Assembly: GCA_016649525.1 (NCBI GenBank)
Contig: JAENXM010000001.1
Location: forward strand, 1-41,263
Source: Actinomycetota bacterium
GTDB lineage: Bacteria > Actinomycetota > Geothermincolia > Fen-727 > Anoxymicrobiaceae
DNA length: 41,263 nucleotides
Reading direction: 5' to 3'
Part shown: positions 29,588 to 38,454 of the stretch, in pieces
Numbering within the stretch: position 1 is the stretch's first letter
Layout of the letters: each line of letters begins with the position of its first letter
Notes under the pieces: generated by a model
Databases searched by the model: none
Told to the model about the DNA's origin: nothing
The model's input: only the letters and a program-made list of their open reading frames with translations
Made by a program: the position numbers and the translations under genes

Positions 29588-30700
29588 TCAACCTTCCGTT
29601 ATCACGACCGTCGGCCCGGTCGCGTATTTCTCCAGCGCCTCTTCGTCGAGCTCCACACCCCAGCCCGGGCCTTCCGGTAGGGTGGCTGTGCCGTGCGAGT
29701 AATCGATCGGCTCGGTGATCAGGTCGTCCTCAAGCATGACGTGTCCGAAGAGCTCTGTCTCGTACGGGAATGAGTCGTGCCTCGCGGCCACGATGTTCAG
29801 CTGCGCCGCGGAGGCTATGCCGAGCGTCTGGCTGTGGAGGACCGTGCCGAGTCCCCGTTCTTCTGCGAAGTCGATCGCCCTCAGGGCCTTGGTGATACCG
29901 CCGGGGCGTTCGGAGTTTATGCCGACCACCCCGATGGAACCGAGCTCGACGAGTGTCATGATGTCGTGCAGGGAGAAGCATCCCTCGTGTGCCATCAGGG
30001 GGACTTCGACCTGCTTCTGGACCTTCGCCATCGACACGAAGTCGGTCGCTTCGACCGGCTGTTCGGCAAAGTCTATACCGTACGGTTCTATTGCTTTTAT
30101 CGCGCGAACGGCCTCCTCCGGCGAATATGCCTGGTTATAGTCGACCCTGAGTCGCACCTCGTCGCCGAGCGCGTCTCGCGTTTTCTTGACGATAGTTACA
30201 TCCTCCTCGATGCCCCTGCCGAGCTTCAGTCGGAACGTCCTCCAGCCGTCCTCGTAGAAGAACTCGATGAGCCATACCATTGCGTCTGCTTCCATCAGGG
30301 GTATGAGCGCGGCCAGTTGGAGCTGTTTGACCTGGCGCCCTCCCATGAAATCGTATGCGGGGCGACCGGACGCTCTGCCCATCAGGTCATAACAGGCTAT
30401 GTCGAGGAGCCCCTTCGCGACCTCGTTGCGGGTGAGGTTGATGTCCATTCGGCGGTTGATGCGTTCGATATCGAAGGGATTTTCTCCAATGACATACCGG
30501 TAGAGGCAGTCCCTGATTATAGAGATGATCTGCTCCGGCGACGCACCCGTTTCCGGAAGCCACAGCATCGCTTCACCGAGGCCGAACGTGCCGTCTTCCG
30601 CCGTGAGCCTGCAGATCACGAAATCGCCACCGAGCCACGGTTCCTCTGACCCTATCGCCATGCCGAGCCCGCCCTCGCCCGACTGCATCGCCTCCAGCAC
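29588..30700 (-). CDS. enolase-superfamily enzyme (mandelate racemase/muconate lactonising enzyme family; possible racemase/epimerase)
   Basis: FGLGEA capping-domain motif, FRLKLG, VDYNQAY, DFAEQP and the later acidic ligands. It lies 9 nt upstream of the amidohydrolase. The start is uncertain (GTG 30700, ATG 30688 or ATG 30661). Confidence 0.75.
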   Translation of the reverse strand: MLEAMQSGEGGLGMAIGSEEPWLGGDFVICRLTAEDGTFGLGEAMLWLPETGASPEQIISIIRDCLYRYVIGENPFDIERINRRMDINLTRNEVAKGLLDIACYDLMGRASGRPAYDFMGGRQVKQLQLAALIPLMEADAMVWLIEFFYEDGWRTFRLKLGRGIEEDVTIVKKTRDALGDEVRLRVDYNQAYSPEEAVRAIKAIEPYGIDFAEQPVEATDFVSMAKVQKQVEVPLMAHEGCFSLHDIMTLVELGSIGVVGINSERPGGITKALRAIDFAEERGLGTVLHSQTLGIASAAQLNIVAARHDSFPYETELFGHVMLEDDLITEPIDYSHGTATLPEGPGWGVELDEEALEKYATGPTVVITEG

Positions 30701-30839
30701 CAGGGGCCAGAAGGGAACAAAGACCGGCGTAAGTTCTATTTGGGTAATCGCCGGCCCGTCAGTTAGACCGTCTTCCGATGCCTTGTTGATGTTGCTACTC
30801 CTTCCCTCCGCATCCGTATAATACTGTCATCAATGTGAT

Positions 30840-31547
30840 TTACCAGACAAGAGGAAGCAGGCGGCAGCGGGTCTGTCCCGCGTACTCCCGGTAACCGGGC
30901 AGTTCCTCCTGAAGGGTCCGGTCTTCGAGCGCGGTGCGGGCTATCACTATTAAAATCAGCACGGCGCTCGGTGCGAGCCCCCACCACGAGCCAAGGATGA
31001 GTGGGGCAGCGAACAAAGAGAGAGCCAGTGCCGCATACCCGGGGTGTCTTACGAATTTATACGGACCTGATTTGATGACCTCTTGGCCTCTATCCTCCTG
31101 GATTCGGACGGAGCACTCGAAGTACGGGTTGACCGCCATTGCCCAGGTCGCCACGGCAAATGCTGGCAGGATAAGGACCACTCCTAGAACCGTCAGCCAG
31201 AGCGGCATCGTCGACCACTTGTAGCGGGCGGCATCGAGCCCGCACACGACCACGATCGAGAAACCGAGCGGTAGATAGAGAAAGGCGTAGACCTTGTCGA
31301 ACGTCTTTGTCCCTTCCTTTGAGAACCTGCCGCGTGAGTTGAGCATCTCCGGATTCAATCTTACGCAGACCGACGTGTACGTTATCAGGTAGGCCGAAAC
31401 CAGGCCGACATAAATCCAGGCGTTCACCCAGTCGAGCTTTCCCGCTGAAACAAAAAGGACCACGAAACTCGCTATGGAGCTGAAACAGTATGCTGCGAGC
31501 CATCTCAGCCCTTCGCGATTGAGTCTTACTCTGTTCCTGTCAGGCAT
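30840..31547 (-). CDS. membrane methyltransferase, isoprenylcysteine carboxyl methyltransferase / PEMT family
   Basis: Multiple transmembrane segments and the SGPYKFVRHPGYAA motif. I chose the ATG at 31547 because AAAAGAGGAA precedes it; the track start at 31631 would leave only 11 nt to the divergent gene. Confidence 0.7.
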   Translation of the reverse strand: MPDRNRVRLNREGLRWLAAYCFSSIASFVVLFVSAGKLDWVNAWIYVGLVSAYLITYTSVCVRLNPEMLNSRGRFSKEGTKTFDKVYAFLYLPLGFSIVVVCGLDAARYKWSTMPLWLTVLGVVLILPAFAVATWAMAVNPYFECSVRIQEDRGQEVIKSGPYKFVRHPGYAALALSLFAAPLILGSWWGLAPSAVLILIVIARTALEDRTLQEELPGYREYAGQTRCRLLPLVW

Positions 31548-31642
31548 TTCCTCTTTTACCCCCGTGAATATGTGAATTTTAACACTGTATTGGGATAACA
31601 TATTGAGCACCTGAGTGGGATCAACGTTCATGTGGAGAAAGA

Positions 31643-32521
31643 ATGAGCGTTCTATATGGCGGGATCGAAGCCGGTGGCACGAAGTTTGTCTGCGCGGTGG
31701 GCACCGGTCCCGATGACCTGCATGCTGAAGTCAAAATCCCTACGACCACGCCCGGTGAGACGCTCGCGCTCGCGATTGATTTTTTCAAAGAGCAGGCCGA
31801 CCTTGCCGCGGTCGGTATCGCTACGTTCGGCCCTGTAGACCTCGACCCTGGTTCTTCTACCTACGGTTTCATCACAAGAACACCCAAGCCCGACTGGTCG
31901 AATACTGATCTCGCCGGAACGGTCCGCCGCGCACTGGACATTCCGGTAGCGTTTGATACGGACGTGAACGGAGCGGCGCTGGGAGAGAACCGCTGGGGCG
32001 CCGCGAAGGGGCTCGATACCTTCATCTACCTGACGATCGGCACCGGTATCGGTGGGGGAGGGATGTCAGGCGGCAGACTGCTGCACGGGATGATCCACCC
32101 GGAGATGGGTCATATCCGAATCCCGCACGATTGGGAGCGCGACCCGTTTCCAGGTGTCTGTCCGTACCACGGGGATTGCCTGGAGGGGCTCGCAACGGGC
32201 CCCGCCCTGGAGGAACGCTGGGGGCGGCACTCCGAGACGCTGTCGCCGGAACACCAGGCCTGGGATCTGGAGGCTCACTACCTGGCGCTCGCGCTCGTCA
32301 ATTTCATCTTCACGCTCTCCCCTCAGCGCATCGTGATGGGCGGTGGCGTGATGGAACAGCGGCATCTCTTTCCGTTGATAAGGCAGAAGGTCCTGGAGTT
32401 GCTCAACGAGTACGTGCAGGCGCCCGAGGTACTGGACGATATCGAGGGATACATCGTGCCGCCCGGCCTGGGAAACCGCTCGGGAGTGCTTGGCGCGATC
32501 GCGCTGGCCCAGTCACTGTAG
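31643..32521 (+). CDS. ROK-family fructokinase/hexokinase
   Basis: [16 protein letters not shown]-terminus, DVNGAALGE, and the Cys/His zinc cluster [10 protein letters not shown]. Confidence 0.8.
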   Translation: MSVLYGGIEAGGTKFVCAVGTGPDDLHAEVKIPTTTPGETLALAIDFFKEQADLAAVGIATFGPVDLDPGSSTYGFITRTPKPDWSNTDLAGTVRRALDIPVAFDTDVNGAALGENRWGAAKGLDTFIYLTIGTGIGGGGMSGGRLLHGMIHPEMGHIRIPHDWERDPFPGVCPYHGDCLEGLATGPALEERWGRHSETLSPEHQAWDLEAHYLALALVNFIFTLSPQRIVMGGGVMEQRHLFPLIRQKVLELLNEYVQAPEVLDDIEGYIVPPGLGNRSGVLGAIALAQSL

Positions 32522-33361
32522 GCCGTATTTCTTCATCATCTTCCGGATGAAACCGGACCCGTCTCTTAAGAGCGCATCTCCGCTCGGCGCGAGCTGCCTC
32601 CAGACCCAGGTGTTCATCGTCTCGGTGATATCGACAAAGCTCTCAAGGGCCGCATTACCCCGGTAATCCATCTCGCCCAGCGCCTTGAATATGTCGTCCC
32701 AGTCAACAAGGCCCGTGCCGGGCACGCCCCTGTCATTTTCACACAGGTGGTAATGGATGAGGTCCGGCCCGGCCATCTTCGTGGCGTCATAGAAGCTCTT
32801 TTCCTCTATGTTCATGTGGTATGTATCGAGGTGTATCTTCACGTTGTCCTCGCCGATCATATCCTTGAGCTTAAACGCCTGCTCGCAGGTGTTAACCAGG
32901 TACGTCTCGTACCTGTTCACCGGCTCGAGGCCTATGTTGACCCCGAGATCCTTCGCATAGCGGGCGACTTCTCTGAGACATCCGGCGGAATACCTCCAGT
33001 CCTGCTCGCTGGGTCTGTTGCGCGCCTGCTTGACGTGCTGAGAGTAGATGACGCCTGAGAAGCTGTTCGAACCTATATCGCTGGTGGCCTTCACACAGTC
33101 CTTGAGATAATCGACGCCTTTTTTCCGTACATCCTCATCATCGCTGGTTATGTCGGTGTCACCCAGCAAAACCGTAGAGGTCACGGCCCCCAGCCCGGTT
33201 TCTTCCAGACGGCCCCTGATCTCTTCAGCATCGAACACGTCCAGGTCGAGCAGAGGGATCTCGATGAAGTCCATCCCGAAGTCCTTTACTTTATCGATGA
33301 GGCCGAGGGTCTCATTACTCCACCGGGAGCACCAGGCGTAGGCGTGGATTCCTAATTTCAT
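32513..33361 (-). CDS. xylose-isomerase-like TIM-barrel ketose 3-epimerase (D-tagatose / D-psicose 3-epimerase family)
   Basis: [10 protein letters not shown] start, [26 protein letters not shown] and ALESF metal-ligand pattern. Confidence 0.7.
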   Translation of the reverse strand: MKLGIHAYAWCSRWSNETLGLIDKVKDFGMDFIEIPLLDLDVFDAEEIRGRLEETGLGAVTSTVLLGDTDITSDDEDVRKKGVDYLKDCVKATSDIGSNSFSGVIYSQHVKQARNRPSEQDWRYSAGCLREVARYAKDLGVNIGLEPVNRYETYLVNTCEQAFKLKDMIGEDNVKIHLDTYHMNIEEKSFYDATKMAGPDLIHYHLCENDRGVPGTGLVDWDDIFKALGEMDYRGNAALESFVDITETMNTWVWRQLAPSGDALLRDGSGFIRKMMKKYGLQ

Positions 33362-33540
33362 TGCCTTGCCCCTTTTCTCTAGCTACCCCGAGTTATGTGA
33401 AGATTCTATGTCCTGACCCGACCCGTGGCAAAAAGCCCGCTGCCCGGCCTGATGCCGGCGGGTGTTGGAGAATCCGGGCGACCTGTGCAAAAATGGAATG
33501 CCTATTATTATTACGAAAACAAGAGGGACGGGCAGGCTAT

Positions 33541-34365
33541 ATGAAAAACATGCCGATCGGGGTTTTTGACAGCGGGGTCGGAGGCCTCACCGTTGTGAGA
33601 TCCTTGATCGACAGGCTTCCCAGGGAGCATATCATTTACCTGGGGGACGACGCGCGCGGCCCCTATGGACCGAGGGACCCCGAGGAGGTGCGCCGTTTCG
33701 CAAGGGAGATAATCGACTGCATGCTCGGTTTCAACGTGAAGCTCGTTGTCATAGCCTGCAACTCCGCGACCGCGGCCGCACTGGAGGAGGCACAGCGCGA
33801 CTACAACATCCCGGTGGTCGGCGTCATCCTGCCGGGGGTTCGTGCGGCGCTCGGCCGTTCGAGGAACCGCAGGATCGGCGTAACAGGAACGGTGCTGACG
33901 ATCGCGAGCGGCTCCTACGAACGGGCTATCAGGAGGCTCGACCCACGGGCGGAGGTCTTCAGCCGGGCGTGCCCGGAATTCGTTGATTTCGTGGAACGCG
34001 GCGAGGTAGACGGTGAGCACATAGTTGAGATCGCGAAAGGTTACCTGGCGCCGATGGCGGGGGCGGGGGTCGATACCGTTATCCTCGGCTGTACCCACTA
34101 TCCGATGCTGGTGGAGCTGATACAGCGGATTGTCGGGGACGGCGTAGCGCTGATAAGCAGTGCCGACGAGACGGCGGAGGAGGTCGAGGACATACTGGAG
34201 CGCCTCGGCTGGGTCCGGAACGATAACTCGGTCGGTCGTCGTTATTTCCTCGCGACTGGTGATGCTGAGAGGTTCACAGAACTGGGGCAGATGTTTCTCG
34301 GACCTGAGGTAAAAGAAGTAATAGAGGTTAGTTTCGATGCGCGCCCGGAGTTGAGTTTTGATTAG
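33541..34365 (+). CDS. murI: glutamate racemase
   Basis: IGVFDSGVGGLTV, ACNSATA and GCTHYP motifs. The true start is the ATG at 33541 after AGAGGGA; the 60 extra aa in the track are not credible. Confidence 0.9.
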   Translation: MKNMPIGVFDSGVGGLTVVRSLIDRLPREHIIYLGDDARGPYGPRDPEEVRRFAREIIDCMLGFNVKLVVIACNSATAAALEEAQRDYNIPVVGVILPGVRAALGRSRNRRIGVTGTVLTIASGSYERAIRRLDPRAEVFSRACPEFVDFVERGEVDGEHIVEIAKGYLAPMAGAGVDTVILGCTHYPMLVELIQRIVGDGVALISSADETAEEVEDILERLGWVRNDNSVGRRYFLATGDAERFTELGQMFLGPEVKEVIEVSFDARPELSFD

Positions 34366-34377
34366 AGGAGCGATGCG

Positions 34378-35130
34378 GTGACTCTAGAGTTGACGGTCCT
34401 GGGCAGTTGCGGCGGCTACGCGAGGCCTGGACGGGCCTGCAGCGGATATCTTTTTCGGCTCGGGGATAGCGACCTGGTGCTGGACATCGGCGCGGGCGTC
34501 CTTTCGAACATGCTCAAGTACATGGAGGCTGACGCGCTCGATTATCTCGTGATATCGCACCTCCACTACGATCACTATGTCGACATCTACGGTCTCATGA
34601 CCGCCCGCAGGTTCTGGGAGAGCGCACTGCCGCCCCTGCCCGTCCTCGCACCGGCTGTGACCCGGAGTGTCGTCGGGGAGCCGCTCTCCCCCGAGAGCCG
34701 TGAGGAGTTCCTCGACTGCATGGAGTTCATCGACGCGGAGGACCGCGTGCCGGTTCGGTTCGAAGGCTTCGAGATCCGCCCTTTTAAAGCGAAGCATTCC
34801 CAGCCGGCCTTCGGGTACAGGATCACCGCGGACGGGCGGACCGTCTGTTACACGGGCGACACGGACAGAAGCGAACTGCTGGTCGAGATGGCCGACGGGG
34901 CCGACCTGTTCATATGCGAGGCTACTTTCACGAGCGAGGTCAGGGAGAAGATACCCGGTCACCTAACAGCGGTCGAGTCAGGGAGCGTTGCGGCAGCGGC
35001 GAAGGTAGGAAGGCTGCTACTGACCCATGTATGGCCGACGCTCGACGAGGGCCGCGCGGTAGAGGACGCCTCGAAGGTCTTCGGTGGCCCGGTCGATGCC
35101 GCGGTCGACGGTTTGACGCTTGAAATCTGA
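34378..35130 (+). CDS. MBL-fold metallo-hydrolase
   Basis: SHLHYDH motif and a later GDT...H ligand. It occupies the conserved murI-MBL-rph position. Confidence 0.75.
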   Translation: MTLELTVLGSCGGYARPGRACSGYLFRLGDSDLVLDIGAGVLSNMLKYMEADALDYLVISHLHYDHYVDIYGLMTARRFWESALPPLPVLAPAVTRSVVGEPLSPESREEFLDCMEFIDAEDRVPVRFEGFEIRPFKAKHSQPAFGYRITADGRTVCYTGDTDRSELLVEMADGADLFICEATFTSEVREKIPGHLTAVESGSVAAAAKVGRLLLTHVWPTLDEGRAVEDASKVFGGPVDAAVDGLTLEI

Positions 35131-35164
35131 CGCCGCGTATAATGTGGAGAAAAAGGAGGCTCTT

Positions 35165-35902
35165 TTGGTAAGGACGGACGGCAGAAAACCCGACGAGATA
35201 AGGCCGATCAGGATAAGCAGGGATTACATACAGCACGCGGAGGGCTCCGTGCTGATCGAGCTCGGGCGCACCCGGGTCGTATGCACGGTCTCATACGAGG
35301 ACGGCGTGCCGAACTTCCTTAAAAGGAGCGACAGGGGATGGGTGACGGCGGAGTACTCGATGCTGCCCCGCGCAACACCGGTGCGCAGTCCCCGTGAGGC
35401 TATCCTCGGCAGGCCGGGCGGTCGCACCATGGAGATCCAGCGGCTCATCGGCAGGTCGCTGCGGGCCGTCGCGGACCTCACGGCTTTCCCCGATAAGACG
35501 TTCTGGGTCGACTGCGACGTGCTTGAGGCTGACGGAGGCACGCGTACCGCCGCCATAACCGGCGCCTACGTCGCGCTTTGCGATGCCTTCGATACGATGA
35601 TAAACGAAGGGGAACTCGAGAGCATGCCCATCAAGGACTACCTGGCGGCGATAAGCGTCGGGGTGGTGAGCGGTACCTCGTGCCTCGACCTTTGCTTCGA
35701 GGAGGACTTTCACGCCGACGTGGACCTGAACCTCGTTGCGGACGGAAGCGGGAATATCATAGAGATACAGGGTACCGCGGAAGGCAAACCACTGGCGCGC
35801 TCTCAACTGGAGGTCATGGTGGACCTTGCACTTTCCGGGATCTCGGAGCTCATCGAGTACCAGAAGACGGTCCTCACCGAGGAGCGCCGTACCTCTCTCT
35901 GA
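35165..35902 (+). CDS. rph: ribonuclease PH
   Basis: RTDGRKPDEIRP, GWVTAEYSMLPRAT and DCDVLEADGGTRTA motifs. I chose the TTG at 35165, 5 nt after AAGGAGG; the track starts at 35120. Confidence 0.9.
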   Translation: MVRTDGRKPDEIRPIRISRDYIQHAEGSVLIELGRTRVVCTVSYEDGVPNFLKRSDRGWVTAEYSMLPRATPVRSPREAILGRPGGRTMEIQRLIGRSLRAVADLTAFPDKTFWVDCDVLEADGGTRTAAITGAYVALCDAFDTMINEGELESMPIKDYLAAISVGVVSGTSCLDLCFEEDFHADVDLNLVADGSGNIIEIQGTAEGKPLARSQLEVMVDLALSGISELIEYQKTVLTEERRTSL

Positions 35903-35931
35903 CGCGCGGTTCCCCTGTGGACGGGCGGCTT

Positions 35932-36522
35932 ATGGACCTGATTATCGCCACCAGAAACCAGGGCAAGATAGGGGAGATCCGCGAGGCTCTCGACATGCTC
36001 GGCGTTGTCCTTCACACGTTCGAGGAGTTCTCAGAATGGCCCCAGGTCGACGAGGTGGGCCAGACTCTTGAGGAGAACGCGGTGATCAAGGCCGAGGCTC
36101 TGCGAAACCATTTCGATGTGCACACCATCGCGGACGACTCCGGGCTCGAGGTGAACTTCCTCGAGGGGCGCCCGGGTGTGCTCTCATCACGTTACGCAGG
36201 GCCGGAGGAGGACCCGGAACGCAACATCGACCTCCTGCTCAAGGAGCTTACGTCTGTTCCCGAGAACTGGCGCTCGGCGCGCTTTGTGTGCGTCATCGCG
36301 CTGGCGCTGGCCGAAAACGGGCTTCGCGTAACAAAGGGAGAATGTCTGGGCACGATATTGCCGGAAAGAAGAGGGACCGGCGGCTTCGGTTATGACCCGG
36401 TATTCCAGCCTGCCGGATTCTCGAGCTCGATGGCGGAACTTTCCCTCGCGGAGAAGAACTCCATAAGCCACAGGGGAAAAGCGCTTCGGGAGATGAAGAA
36501 GGTACTGGAGGGGCTAATATAG
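35932..36522 (+). CDS. rdgB: non-canonical purine NTP pyrophosphatase (RdgB/HAM1 family)
   Basis: IIATRNQGKIGE, ADDSGLEV, GGFGYDPVF and SHRGKA motifs. ATG at 35932; the upstream part of the track ORF overlaps rph. Confidence 0.9.
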   Translation: MDLIIATRNQGKIGEIREALDMLGVVLHTFEEFSEWPQVDEVGQTLEENAVIKAEALRNHFDVHTIADDSGLEVNFLEGRPGVLSSRYAGPEEDPERNIDLLLKELTSVPENWRSARFVCVIALALAENGLRVTKGECLGTILPERRGTGGFGYDPVFQPAGFSSSMAELSLAEKNSISHRGKALREMKKVLEGLI

Positions 36523-36605
36523 AAGGGGTCAGGTCTTGATTCTTGCGTTGCACTGCATGCGCAAGGGTAATGGTTCAAACGCAAGAATCAAGACCTGACC
36601 CCTTC
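36522..36605. repeat. palindromic repeat element, copy 2 (perfect 28-bp arms, 28-nt loop); possible bidirectional terminator
   Basis: GAAGGGGTCAGGTCTTGATTCTTGCGTT (36522-36549) is the exact reverse complement of 36578-36605. The arms abut the stop codons of the convergent rdgB and phosphatase genes. Confidence 0.85.
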
Positions 36606-37309
36606 TAAGACAGAGCGAGAGCCAGCAAGCCGTGAAGGAAGCGGGTAACCTCGGCGTTTATCTGGCGGGCGCACCTCTCGGTCTCTTCGGTGGTCCCGCC
36701 GATCGGGTCGTGTATGTTGCTGACCTGGTAGAAGCACGGGGAAAACCGTGTCATCAGCTCGTGCAAGTCCATCGGCACGTCCGGTAGCGGCCTCAGAAGC
36801 TTCCGGAGGGCGCTCACCAGGGCCGAAGCGGCACAATCGATTGCCTCAACCAGCTCGACCCGGGATAGTCCTCCGGCGACCTCCTGCCAGTCACTTTCAT
36901 CGAGGGTTATCCCGCGGTTCTCTAAAAGGGTCTCGATTGCGCCGTTGACCTCGACGAGGGCGAAGAGTTTGTTCTTGAACTCCGGGAACCTGTACGCGAT
37001 CTGGTAGCACTGCTGGCGCGTCATGGTAAGTACGAGGTCGGAACGCCTGATGATATCCTCGGAGAGCCTTGACGCGGTGGACCCGCATTCCGGTACACCC
37101 AGAAACTCGAGCGCCTGCACGCAATCCGGGTGCGGCGCGGAATTCTCGACTGCCTCGAGGCCGCTCGACTCAGCCTCGAACGAGGTGGCCTTTTCGCCGA
37201 GGAGCTCTCCCGCGCGCGCCAGGAACACGCTCTCGGCGATAACGCTTCTCATGATGTTCCCCGAGCAGACGAAAAGGATCCTCACGGGCGGTTTAATTCG
37301 GGGGTTCAA
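36605..37309 (-). CDS. low-molecular-weight phosphatase (LMW-PTP / YwlE-like) with a ~75-aa insertion
   Basis: P-loop VCSGNIMRS (CX5R-S) at residues 15-22. The DP loop IHDPIGGT appears only at about residue 200, whereas canonical enzymes are about 150 aa in total. Confidence 0.7.
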   Translation of the reverse strand: MNPRIKPPVRILFVCSGNIMRSVIAESVFLARAGELLGEKATSFEAESSGLEAVENSAPHPDCVQALEFLGVPECGSTASRLSEDIIRRSDLVLTMTRQQCYQIAYRFPEFKNKLFALVEVNGAIETLLENRGITLDESDWQEVAGGLSRVELVEAIDCAASALVSALRKLLRPLPDVPMDLHELMTRFSPCFYQVSNIHDPIGGTTEETERCARQINAEVTRFLHGLLALALS

Positions 37310-38310
37310 CTGGCGCCCGGGGCCGCGATTGACGATGAGGGCGGCGCGATGACGTTGAGCGCCTGGGGCTCCAGGGACAGGCGGATCTTCGTGCCCCGGG
37401 GATAGAAGTAGACCTCCCCGTCCTCCTGCGCGTAGAGGTCATCGAGGATATCAATGTCCACGCTTTCACAAGTGGACATCTCGACCGTGGACATCCTGCC
37501 GTGTTTTCCCTTTAAGAGCATCAGCCCCGTGACAAGTACCTTGGCCGCGTGCATCGGCTTGGCTATGGCTATGTGTATCTTACCGTCGTCGGGCTTCGCG
37601 TCGGGTGCGATGAGAAGGTTGCGCCCGTATCTGTTGATGTTCGAGAAGACCCCGTCGACAAGGTTGCCGCTGTACTCGAAGCCGTTGGCCTTCACATCGA
37701 CCCGGTAGGTCTCAATCCCTTTGAACATGGCTATTGCGGCCTTTTTCAGCGACGCGTACCAGTAACCGGGGACTCCGAACCTCTTGTACTTCTGCGAGCG
37801 GTGCGCGAGCTCGCCGTCCAGCCCGACCGCGAAGACATTGCTGCAGTACTTCACGGTTCGTCCCGTGCCCTCGATCTCCATCTTTATAAGGTCGACCGTC
37901 TGGATGTTGAAATCGACCATAGCGTTGAGGGCGCTCTCCACGGTCTCGAAACCGACGGCACGGCAGAAATCGTTCGCGGTGCCTGCCGGTATCGGCACCA
38001 GGACCACGTTGTTGTTGGAGCGCGAGAGCATGACGTTGTTGATGACCTGGTTTATCGCGCCGTCTCCCCCGAAGACCATTATCACCCTCGAGCCGCCGAA
38101 CCTCTTTGACCAGAACTGGACGGTGGAGCCAAGGTCGTCCGGATGGTCGGTGGAGGTCTCCTCGAGGTCCATACCCTCCCGGCGGATGAGGCTGCGCGTT
38201 CGCGACGCGAGCTCCGAGCCTTTCTTGCTCATGGGGTTCACGACCACGAGCATGCGCTTCTCGATGGTCTTCACCCGGTCGATGAAACGGAGCCTTTCAG
38301 GGTTTGTCAT
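37306..38310 (-). CDS. diacylglycerol kinase-family lipid kinase (YegS/BmrU-like)
   Basis: LVVVNPMSKKG and VFGGDGAINQV motifs. I chose the ATG at 38310 after GAGGGAG. The stop overlaps the phosphatase start (ATGA). Confidence 0.8.
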   Translation of the reverse strand: MTNPERLRFIDRVKTIEKRMLVVVNPMSKKGSELASRTRSLIRREGMDLEETSTDHPDDLGSTVQFWSKRFGGSRVIMVFGGDGAINQVINNVMLSRSNNNVVLVPIPAGTANDFCRAVGFETVESALNAMVDFNIQTVDLIKMEIEGTGRTVKYCSNVFAVGLDGELAHRSQKYKRFGVPGYWYASLKKAAIAMFKGIETYRVDVKANGFEYSGNLVDGVFSNINRYGRNLLIAPDAKPDDGKIHIAIAKPMHAAKVLVTGLMLLKGKHGRMSTVEMSTCESVDIDILDDLYAQEDGEVYFYPRGTKIRLSLEPQALNVIAPPSSSIAAPGAS

Positions 38311-38454
38311 GGCGTAACTCCCTCGTAAGAGGTGATGAAAAGTATAGCACCGGCCATATATGCCCACAAGCGACTGTCGGCCAAACCGTGGACTCGAAAA
38401 GATATAGAATCTCAAGTGCTCGAGTATTCAGCCGGGAGGCAAGGGGGTACTGCT

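Noticed and set aside
33361-33540. A 60-aa N-terminal extension of murI in the supplied track.
   Set aside because: The extension runs through the divergent promoter region and has no homology-like features. The ATG at 33541 gives the canonical MKxxPIGVFDSGVGG start with an RBS.
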